Counted from the first letter of the stretch, positions 7,497 through 15,451 are shown. The stretch: 15,829 nucleotides of DNA from Promethearchaeia archaeon (GCA_029856155.1 JAHQWL010000090.1:1-15829), one strand, 5' to 3'. The notes: a model not told the origin generated them from the sequence alone. Numbers and translations: made by a program.

Positions 7497-8975
7497 TTAT
7501 TTTTCACCTCCTTTCCACACATCTACATAAATTTTACCCGGATTTAGAATATTCTGAGGGTCAAGTAATTGTTTGATTTCTCTTAAAGTTTTTATAGAAC
7601 CACCCAATTCACTCTCCATCCAATGAGATCTATTAATTCCAATTCCATGATGATGAGCAATTGAACCACCTGCTTCTAAGACTGCTTTAATTGTTGTATC
7701 CCAACATTCTTGGTAATATTCTAAATCTGTTTGTTCTTTTCCGGGGGCTCCACCAAAAGTGAAGTAAATTCCTACCCCATTTGGATAAAAATGTGAAACA
7801 TGCGCAGTAATCAATATAATACCTTCCAATTTATTCATTGATTCTAATACTGAATGATAAATATTAGAAGCATTGTCCCATAATGAAGCGATTTCAATAG
7901 TATCAAATACTATTTTATATGTAGGCATTGAAGAGGTCTCTGTAACTCGAAATCTGGTCTCAAACCAATGTTCTACGGGATATGCACCACAGTCTACTCC
8001 AGAGTTTTTTTCACATTTTTCCCTAGTTATGATCTCCTCTAAATCTACTAGTTTTGTATTTCCCTCACAAACAAATATTACCATAACTTTTTCTTTTGCA
8101 TTATCTATATTTGGAAAATGTCTCTTTGTTTCAAATTTATCATATATTCTTATTACCGCGGGATAAATATTTTCTCTTAAAATTTGTCTTGTGGCATTGA
8201 AAGTATCTTCAATGGATGGAAAAGCGTATGAGATTAGTGATCTTTTTTCTGGAGTGGGCCAAATCCTTAGAGTGGCTTTAGTGACGATTCCAAGAGTACC
8301 TTCTCCCCCAATAAATAATCTTTCAAGTTGAGGTCCCGTTGCAGCTCTTGGAATAGTTTTAAAATTAATAATTTCACCTTGAGGTAATACCACCTCTATA
8401 CCTAAGATAATGTCTTCAATCTTTCCATATTTTGTACTGAATTGACCTGCAGCTCGGTGGGCAATCCATCCACCTAAAGAAGAAAAATAAAGAGATTGTG
8501 GTATATGCCCAGCAGTATAACCCTTTTTGTTTAGATAACGTTCTAAATTCATTCCATTTATACCAGTTTGAGCTGTAACTGTTAAATTTTTATCATTTAT
8601 TTCAAGAATTTTATTAAATTTTTTCATATCAAGAATAATTCCACCACGAATTGGTATCGATCCACCAACAACTCCAGATCCCTCTCCATAAGGTATTACT
8701 GGAATTTTCTCTTGATTAGCAAATTTTAAAATCTCTGAGATTTTTTCTACAGTTTCTGGCCACGTTATTAAATCCGGCAATCCAGCAATTTGACCTTGGA
8801 TCATCCAATTGAATCCAATAAGCGTTGTATCATTAGTATAAGCCAAGATGTCAATTTCCTTTGTTGAAACATTATTATTACCTACAATTTCTTTTAATTT
8901 CAATTCTATTTTCTGTTTATCTTTAATCTCACAACGATTTTCTTTATAAATTAATTCAAAGTCTTTAAAATCCAT
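7497..8975 (-). CDS. FAD-linked oxidoreductase of the VAO/PCMH family, alkyldihydroxyacetonephosphate-synthase-like (AGPS/YgcU-like)
   Basis: PYGEGSGVVGG, GHIPQS, SSLGGWIA, STKYGKIED, PRAATGP, GGEGTLGIVT, PAVIRIYD, GIYFTF, HHHGIG, DPQNILNPGK. HHHG (rather than the EHG of GlcD/D-lactate dehydrogenases) marks the AGPS clade. Confidence 0.9.
   Translation of the reverse strand: MDFKDFELIYKENRCEIKDKQKIELKLKEIVGNNNVSTKEIDILAYTNDTTLIGFNWMIQGQIAGLPDLITWPETVEKISEILKFANQEKIPVIPYGEGSGVVGGSIPIRGGIILDMKKFNKILEINDKNLTVTAQTGINGMNLERYLNKKGYTAGHIPQSLYFSSLGGWIAHRAAGQFSTKYGKIEDIILGIEVVLPQGEIINFKTIPRAATGPQLERLFIGGEGTLGIVTKATLRIWPTPEKRSLISYAFPSIEDTFNATRQILRENIYPAVIRIYDKFETKRHFPNIDNAKEKVMVIFVCEGNTKLVDLEEIITREKCEKNSGVDCGAYPVEHWFETRFRVTETSSMPTYKIVFDTIEIASLWDNASNIYHSVLESMNKLEGIILITAHVSHFYPNGVGIYFTFGGAPGKEQTDLEYYQECWDTTIKAVLEAGGSIAHHHGIGINRSHWMESELGGSIKTLREIKQLLDPQNILNPGKIYVDVWKGGEK
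7504..7511 (-). promoter_or_regulatory. Strong Shine-Dalgarno (GGAGGTGA) for the Fe-S subunit
   Basis: GGAGGTGA within the last codons of the FAD gene (KGGEK), 7 nt before the ATG at 7496. Stop and start abut (TAAATG). Confidence 0.8.
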
Positions 8976-9095
8976 AAATATCAGTCGGTTTTTTTTATTA
9001 ACTTATTAAAATGATTAGGAATAATTTATAATTTTAGTCAATATATTAAAGAATAATAAATTCCATAAAAGAAAATGGCATTATGAAGATTTGGG

Positions 9096-10574
9096 TTAAT
9101 AAATTGTCTCTCCAGTAATTTTATCTACTTTTAAATGTCTAAATTTTGCTTTTTCCCTTATTGTTTCTTTACTAGTTGAAATTGTTTCATAAATCTCCTG
9201 TGGAAATAAATATTTTGCTAATTGTTTTATCATTTCTTTCGTTTCAATACAATTATACAACTTCAAACTTTCAAGTGAGTAAAATAATTCACTTACTAAA
9301 TCATAATTCGTATCTGTTGAAAAATCAAGAAGTTCTAAATTTCTATAAATTCGAGATACTATATTTTCTAAGAGATTAAAATCTTTAAGTTTGTCAAGGG
9401 AATTGCTCATGTAATGACAAAAGAGAACGTAATAAGTAGCCTCTGATGAAACAAATCCATCTCGAAATTGTTTTATTCCATCTGGTGATATTCTTAATTC
9501 TATTTCTTCTGTAATTGCTTTTATCTTTTGTTCTAGTCTGCTGATACCTAAATGCTGATACAATTTTAAGATTACAACTAATTGAGATGTTTCTAAATTC
9601 TTTAAATAATTAGGTTCAAAAAATTTAGAATCTGATTTAATGATCTTATTTATTTGTTCAAAACTTAGATATATTTTCATTAATTCTGTTGATTTAAGAA
9701 AATAATAAGCACCATCTGTAGCTTCTATAAGAGGAGATTCGTACCTATCTGTTGCGTCTTCAAATAAATTTAATAAAAAATCTACAATCTTTTTATCATG
9801 AAGATTAACATTAAGTTGCTTAGAAAGATAAATTCCACAATAATAAATATCTGGATTTTTAAGTGTTACTAAAGGAACATCTACTAACCATTCGTCTACA
9901 TTTTCTTCTAAATATGATTTTATGTGAGAGAAATCAAAGATTTTCTGAAGATGGAAGAAATGAATAATTCTGTAGATTAAATATAAAATTTGGAGCTTAA
10001 ACTCGGGCTCTTGAAGATCTTCTAGACCTTCAATTTTCTGTCTACTATTTTGGAATTTATCTATAATTTTTTCTTGAATTTGAATATATTTTGTTAAAAT
10101 TTCTCTCTTTTCAGGTGATCTCTCAATTAAATTTTTTAAGTTCCTCAGTTCCATAATAAATTCAATAGTTAGGAACCCTTCAGATTTCAATTTTAGCATT
10201 AAAGGAGCAACTTTAATATCTATTAGATAGTCGACAATTTTCTCTAAAAAGATTTCATAAATTATTGGTGCGAGTTTTTCTTCATATAATTCTAATATCG
10301 AAGTTATTTCTTCTCTTTCTCTCTCCCGTAATTCTAAAAATGGATCTAAAAACTCTTTTTCTATTTCAAATTCTTCAATTCCAATATCCACAAATAGTTG
10401 TATAAGAAACTTTGTAAGGTCTTCTAATTTTTGGTTGATATTACTCTTAGTTATAAGACTTTCTTCGAAATCACTATTGATTTTATCCCGAAAATATTGA
10501 TCTATGTTATTATAAAAAAGATCAATCTCTTTAAAATATAAATCTAGGATGTTAAATAGTCCTTGTAAAATCAT
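9096..10574 (-). CDS. Hypothetical 492-aa acidic, helical protein; C-terminal half possibly a degenerate prenyltransferase-like alpha/alpha toroid
   Basis: Long uninterrupted ORF with ATG start and no evident TM or catalytic motif. Recurring YY-hydrophobic helices (DIYYCGIYL, GAYYFL, EATYYVL). Confidence 0.8.
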   Translation of the reverse strand: MILQGLFNILDLYFKEIDLFYNNIDQYFRDKINSDFEESLITKSNINQKLEDLTKFLIQLFVDIGIEEFEIEKEFLDPFLELREREREEITSILELYEEKLAPIIYEIFLEKIVDYLIDIKVAPLMLKLKSEGFLTIEFIMELRNLKNLIERSPEKREILTKYIQIQEKIIDKFQNSRQKIEGLEDLQEPEFKLQILYLIYRIIHFFHLQKIFDFSHIKSYLEENVDEWLVDVPLVTLKNPDIYYCGIYLSKQLNVNLHDKKIVDFLLNLFEDATDRYESPLIEATDGAYYFLKSTELMKIYLSFEQINKIIKSDSKFFEPNYLKNLETSQLVVILKLYQHLGISRLEQKIKAITEEIELRISPDGIKQFRDGFVSSEATYYVLFCHYMSNSLDKLKDFNLLENIVSRIYRNLELLDFSTDTNYDLVSELFYSLESLKLYNCIETKEMIKQLAKYLFPQEIYETISTSKETIREKAKFRHLKVDKITGETIY

Positions 10575-10812
10575 TTTGGGAAACGATAAAACGCTATAAG
10601 AGTTTTAACATAATATATTATTAATTTATAAAGAATTTGAGTAAATTAATATTTTTCTTTTTTTAAATAAGTTAATACTTATTGCTAATAGACGAAAAAC
10701 CCGAAAGATTTGACGTGTTTATAAATTTTTTTCCTTATGTTTCACTTTTGTAGTTTATTATTAAATCATTGTTAGGTTATGATTTTTGTTAGAGAAGGTT
10801 TTGATACGACTC

Positions 10813-10830
10813 GGAAAATATATTTAAAAA
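10813..10830 (+). promoter_or_regulatory. BRE-TATA promoter candidate for the glmM-like gene
   Basis: GGAAAATATATTTAAAAA about 80-95 nt upstream of ATG 10908. An SD-like GAAGTGA (10894-10900) precedes the start. An alternative box, TTTAATAA, lies at 10867-10874. Confidence 0.35.
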
Positions 10831-10907
10831 TCTTCATTAATAGAATCTATCTTACATTAAATACATTTTAATAAAAAAATAGCTATTTAACTAGAAGTGA
10901 AAATTTT

Positions 10908-12335
10908 ATGACAAGTGTTATGTTTGGCACATCCGGTATTCGTCGCGTATTTCAAAATTATAGTGAATCAGATGTTATGTTTACTCCTCAAATGGCTTTA
11001 GATGTGGGTCTTTCGTTAGGAACTTATTTAAATGGTAAAGGTACAGTTGTTATTGGAAAAGATATTAGAACTTCTGCTTTACCGATAGAATATGCTTTAA
11101 TTTCTGGCTTAGTGAGTACAGGTTGTAATGTAAAAACTTTAGGCATAGTCACTACCCCTACTCTAGCAATGTCACAAAAATTTTTAAATGCAGATTGTGG
11201 TGTTATGATTACGGCGTCCCATAATACACCAGAATACATTGGTTTAAAAATTTGGAATCCTTCTGGAATGGGATACATTCCTGAACAAGAAGAAGAAATT
11301 GAAAGGATTTACAATGATAAAAAATTTATAGACATTAATTGGGATGAGGTGGGAAAAGTAACACATGTTGAGGATATTAATGACATCCACATTCAAGATA
11401 TTAATAACCGTATTAAGTTTGATGGAAGTTCATTACAAGTAATACTTGATCCAGGAAATGGAGCTGGATGCGACATAGCTCCAAAATTGCTAAGCACTTA
11501 TAATGTAAAAATTATGACTATTAATGCTCAAATGGATGGTAAATTCCCAGGACGGAATTCGGAACCAAGCAAGGAAAATTTAATTCAACTTTCTAAATTT
11601 TTGAAAACTTCAAATACAAGTGATATCGGAATAGCACTCGACGGTGATGCTGATAGGGTTATATTTTTAGATGAAGATGGAGAAATTGTTGATCCAATTC
11701 GTCTCTTAGCATTGATGGCGGTTGATTATTTAAATCGATATAAAAGTAAAATCTCTAAGGAAAACCTAAAAGTTTCTACTGCGATTAATTCATCGAGCTT
11801 ATTGGAAGATGCTTTAACTCCTCTTGGATGTGAGGTTATTTATACAGAAGTAGGAGATATAAAAGTCGCACAAGCATTAAAAGAACAAGGAGGATTTTTA
11901 GGAGGAGAGACCTCTGGCACATATATTTGGCCTAGAACACATCTTGGACCTGATTCAATTGTCACAATAGCTAAAGTGTTAAGAATGATTGTCGAATCTG
12001 GAAAAACATTACGAGAATTATTAAAAGGAATTCCATTATATCCATATTATAGCACAAACTCTCAATTAAAAAAAGATATACCATTTACAGAGGATATAAA
12101 TCAAAAAATCATTGGTGAAATGCAAGAAGTTTTAGATTCCCTAGGAAAACAAATAAAAAACATCAACAAGATGGATGGCGTAAGGTTTGATTATAATGAT
12201 GGATGGATTTTGATCAGACGCTCAGGAACAAGCCCTTATTTAAGACTTTCAGGGGAATCAAGTGTAAGTGTAGAAGCTTCAAAAGTCTTGAACAAGCTTG
12301 TCCAAGAAAGAATGAAAAAATTAAATTTAATATAA
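10908..12335 (+). CDS. glmM: Alpha-D-phosphohexomutase, probable phosphoglucosamine mutase
   Basis: FGTSGIR, catalytic TASHN, metal-binding DGDADR, sugar-binding GGETSG, phosphate-binding RxSGT. Adjacent to glmS and nagB. PGM/PMM specificity is not excluded. Confidence 0.82.
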   Translation: MTSVMFGTSGIRRVFQNYSESDVMFTPQMALDVGLSLGTYLNGKGTVVIGKDIRTSALPIEYALISGLVSTGCNVKTLGIVTTPTLAMSQKFLNADCGVMITASHNTPEYIGLKIWNPSGMGYIPEQEEEIERIYNDKKFIDINWDEVGKVTHVEDINDIHIQDINNRIKFDGSSLQVILDPGNGAGCDIAPKLLSTYNVKIMTINAQMDGKFPGRNSEPSKENLIQLSKFLKTSNTSDIGIALDGDADRVIFLDEDGEIVDPIRLLALMAVDYLNRYKSKISKENLKVSTAINSSSLLEDALTPLGCEVIYTEVGDIKVAQALKEQGGFLGGETSGTYIWPRTHLGPDSIVTIAKVLRMIVESGKTLRELLKGIPLYPYYSTNSQLKKDIPFTEDINQKIIGEMQEVLDSLGKQIKNINKMDGVRFDYNDGWILIRRSGTSPYLRLSGESSVSVEASKVLNKLVQERMKKLNLI

Positions 12336-12353
12336 ATATTTTCAATTCTTAAA

Positions 12354-12420
12354 TTTTTTTAACTTATTCTCATGGATTTTATACGCTTTAGTATAAAATC
12401 TATAAAGTAAATAAAAAAAA
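12354..12420. terminator. Bidirectional termination region between convergent glmM and nagB
   Basis: Plus-strand T7 (12354-12360), inverted repeat GATTTTATAC-gcttta-GTATAAAATC (12375-12400), and minus-strand T8 (12413-12420). Confidence 0.6.
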
Positions 12421-12437
12421 GTAGCCAATGGTACGTT

Positions 12438-13397
12438 TTATTCTAAGAGATTGATTTTTATTCCTTTTTGTTCTAATAAATTTTGATTAGCTAAAAGTTC
12501 TCGACCGGCAATTTTATCAATAATATAGATTAAATTTCCACCATTTTCCGAGTAAATTTGTCCATAAGAAATGGGGATATTAGGTGTTGGATGATTTAAT
12601 AATGATTTGGTTATTGATTCCGCCTTACGTTCTCCATTAGCTAATAAAATTACATCCCTTGCTTTATAAACCAATTCAGCGCCCATACTAACTGCATACC
12701 AAGGGGAATCTTCTTTTGAAGAGAAATGTCCATCGGTCACTGCATTTTGCATAGTATTATTATCAAGTTTTACTAATAAAACATTACTATCTTTAAAGGG
12801 GATCCCTGATTCATGGAAAGCAACATGACCATGACCACCAACACCTATTATCTGTAAATCAATTCCACCGGCTTTATATATTTTTTGAGCATACCCTTCT
12901 AATATAGTTTTTTTTATCCATTCCAAATAAGCTGAACTTGAATTTTCTTTAATAACAATTGATTTACCCGCTTCTGTACCCAATTCTATCCAGTCTTCTG
13001 GATATGCTTCAAGTTCATTTCTTAATTCTTTCTGATCAATCAAACATCCATAAGGCACAGACGTCTCGATAAATTTTTTATCAAGAAGTGCAAAAAACTC
13101 TTGAATCATAAAATAACAATAACTTTCTGGGTGCAATGTTCTTTGTTGAGAGTTTTCACCAGGAAGACCAATATATTCATCAAGATTAAAACTACGAATT
13201 CGAGTGCTATCAATTTCACCAGAATTAAATGATTCTGCTAAATGTTTATAAAGACCTATCGGTGAATTTCCAGTAGCTAATCCTAAAACAAATTCTTTTT
13301 TTTCCTTTAATCCATTGGCAATCTTATTTTTTACGATCCGAGCTGCTACTTCACTCATATGATTAAAATCTTTTGTTATGATAACCTTGATTGGCAA
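12438..13397 (-). CDS. nagB: Glucosamine-6-phosphate deaminase-like protein (NagB/SugarP-isomerase fold), atypical
   Basis: LGLATGNSP, FNLDEYIGL, HPESYCYFM, GGIDLQIIGVGGHGHVAFHE, AVSMG, LLANGERKA. TTG start. Flanked by glmM and glmS. Confidence 0.8.
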   Translation of the reverse strand: MPIKVIITKDFNHMSEVAARIVKNKIANGLKEKKEFVLGLATGNSPIGLYKHLAESFNSGEIDSTRIRSFNLDEYIGLPGENSQQRTLHPESYCYFMIQEFFALLDKKFIETSVPYGCLIDQKELRNELEAYPEDWIELGTEAGKSIVIKENSSSAYLEWIKKTILEGYAQKIYKAGGIDLQIIGVGGHGHVAFHESGIPFKDSNVLLVKLDNNTMQNAVTDGHFSSKEDSPWYAVSMGAELVYKARDVILLANGERKAESITKSLLNHPTPNIPISYGQIYSENGGNLIYIIDKIAGRELLANQNLLEQKGIKINLLE

Positions 13398-13553
13398 ATT
13401 TTCTTAGCTCATTTATTTATTTTATATTAAAATTTAAACTAAAAAATGGTTAATTTTATATAAAAATTAAGATATGTCATTCTCTCAAATAAACTAAAGC
13501 CAAAAAACCAATAAATGAAATATTAAAATATCTTTTATGCTTTTTATTTCAAA

Positions 13554-15404
13554 ATGTGTGGTATTTTTGGGATAATTACTAATCAGAACAATCTATCCTT
13601 AGGAAAAGTCGTACTTGAAGGAATTAAGCGCTTAGAATATCGAGGATATGATTCCTGCGGAATAGTATCTCTATCTAATTCTAAATTATTCGTTAAAAAA
13701 GATTCGGGAAAAATTGATGAAATTCAAAAAAAAATAAATTTAGCAGAAATCCCAAATAACTCTAAACTTGCCCTTGCCCATACAAGATGGGCAACTCATG
13801 GAGCACCAACTAAAATCAATAGTCATCCACATTTAGATTGCTCTAATAAAATTGCAATTGTTCATAATGGGATAATAGAAAATTTCATAGAATTAAGAAA
13901 AGATCTTATAAACCAAGGTCATATTTTTAAATCTGATACAGATACAGAAGTTATTCCTCATTTAATTGAACAAAAAATGAAAGAAGGTTTAAATTTCAAA
14001 GATTCAATAGTTGAAGCATTGAAGTTATGTAATGGAGCCTATGGACTAGCAGTTTGTCATGCTGACTACCCTGATTTAATTATAGTTGTTAGAAAAGAAT
14101 CTCCTTTAGTAATTGGAATAGAGGAAGGTAAGACTACTTATTTAGCCTCAGATATTCCTGCTTTTTTACCATTAACAAGAAAGTGTTATATTATGGAGGA
14201 TGATGAACTTGCTGTTCTAAAAGCTGGAGAAGTTGATTTCTATGATTTAAAAAATGATAAAAAAATTAATAAAGAATTGCAAGTAATTGAATGGACTATT
14301 GATGCGGCAGAAAAAGGTGGTTATGAACATTTTATGCTAAAAGAAATCTACGAAGAACCAACTGCAATGCAACGAACTCTGAAAATTTCTAAAGATCTAT
14401 TGCAAGTTTTTGCCAATATATTGTGGTCAGCTGAAAACATCTATATTACGGCTGCAGGAACATCTTTTTATGCTTCTTTAGCCGGAAAATTTATTGTATC
14501 AAGATTTTTAGGTAAGTATATTCAAGCAATTGAATGTTCTGAATTTCAAACACAATTGTCTAATTCATTAAAAAATAATTCAGTAATAATTGCGCTCTCA
14601 CAATCAGGTGAAACAATTGATACAGTTGAAGCAATTAGATGGGCAAAAAGTAAAAAGAATGTAAAGATCTTAACAATTACAAATGTAGTAGGATCTACCC
14701 TTACAAGGTATTCTGATAATGTAATTGTAACTCAAGCAGGACCAGAGATTGGGGTGGCAGCAACTAAGACTTATTGTACTCAGGTACTTACGTTAGCTTT
14801 AATTGCATTAGAAATTGCAAAACTAAGAAAAGTTGAATTAGATTCTGATATTGAAAAATATGAAATGGCTTTAAAATCAACTCCTCAGATTATTGAGAAG
14901 TTTTTAAATGAAAATATCGATGAGATTAAAAATATAGTAAACACTTTAGAAAAAAGTGTTCAATTTTTCTTTTTAGCAAGAGGAATATCAATCGCCACTG
15001 CTAAAGAAGGAGGATTGAAATTAAAGGAAGTTGCTTGTCGTTTTATCGAAGGGTATTCTGCAGCCCATGCGAAACATGGACCGATTTCTCTAGTTAGAGA
15101 AGGATTTCCTATTATATTTATAGCACCCCCAGATGAGACATATCAACGTTTAATTGGAAATGTTATGGAATTCAAGGCAAGAGGGGGTAAAATTATTTCT
15201 CTTGTTGTTGAAGACGATAAGACTATTTCAGAATTAAGTGATTTAACAATTCGAATTCCCCAACCAGGAGATAAATATCATAATATATTCAGTCCGATAA
15301 CTTTTACTCCTGCTTTACAATTACTAGCATATTACGCCTCTCTACTTCACGGATTAGATCCAGATAAACCACTTAATTTATCAAAAACTGTTACTGTTCA
15401 TTAG
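13554..15404 (+). CDS. glmS: Glutamine--fructose-6-phosphate aminotransferase (isomerizing)
   Basis: N-terminal MCGI nucleophile, RLEYRGYDS, HTRWATHG, HNGIIEN, DTEV, HFMLKEIYE, SQSGET, GPEIGVAATKT, LKLKE, KHGP, NLSKTVTV. Confidence 0.97.
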   Translation: MCGIFGIITNQNNLSLGKVVLEGIKRLEYRGYDSCGIVSLSNSKLFVKKDSGKIDEIQKKINLAEIPNNSKLALAHTRWATHGAPTKINSHPHLDCSNKIAIVHNGIIENFIELRKDLINQGHIFKSDTDTEVIPHLIEQKMKEGLNFKDSIVEALKLCNGAYGLAVCHADYPDLIIVVRKESPLVIGIEEGKTTYLASDIPAFLPLTRKCYIMEDDELAVLKAGEVDFYDLKNDKKINKELQVIEWTIDAAEKGGYEHFMLKEIYEEPTAMQRTLKISKDLLQVFANILWSAENIYITAAGTSFYASLAGKFIVSRFLGKYIQAIECSEFQTQLSNSLKNNSVIIALSQSGETIDTVEAIRWAKSKKNVKILTITNVVGSTLTRYSDNVIVTQAGPEIGVAATKTYCTQVLTLALIALEIAKLRKVELDSDIEKYEMALKSTPQIIEKFLNENIDEIKNIVNTLEKSVQFFFLARGISIATAKEGGLKLKEVACRFIEGYSAAHAKHGPISLVREGFPIIFIAPPDETYQRLIGNVMEFKARGGKIISLVVEDDKTISELSDLTIRIPQPGDKYHNIFSPITFTPALQLLAYYASLLHGLDPDKPLNLSKTVTVH

Positions 15405-15451
15405 TTTTTATTTCTGAATTAATATTAACAGTTTTTAAAGTAAAATTATTT

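Noticed and set aside
7873-8166. 97-aa plus-strand ORF
   Set aside because: Antisense shadow of the FAD oxidoreductase.
9176-9379. 67-aa plus-strand ORF
   Set aside because: Antisense inside the 492-aa gene with no independent support.
10311-10329. GA-rich microrepeat
   Set aside because: It simply encodes REREREE within the open frame; too short to call a repeat element.
11024-11278. 84-aa minus-strand ORF
   Set aside because: Antisense shadow of glmM.
13398-13553. glmS ribozyme upstream of glmS
   Set aside because: The spacer is extremely AT-rich with no recognisable conserved core or stable stems, and it must also hold two promoters.
13725-13735. Poly-A runs as possible frameshift or slippage sites (also in the MazG-like gene)
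   Set aside because: The frames are intact and full-length; these are Lys codons in an AT-rich genome.
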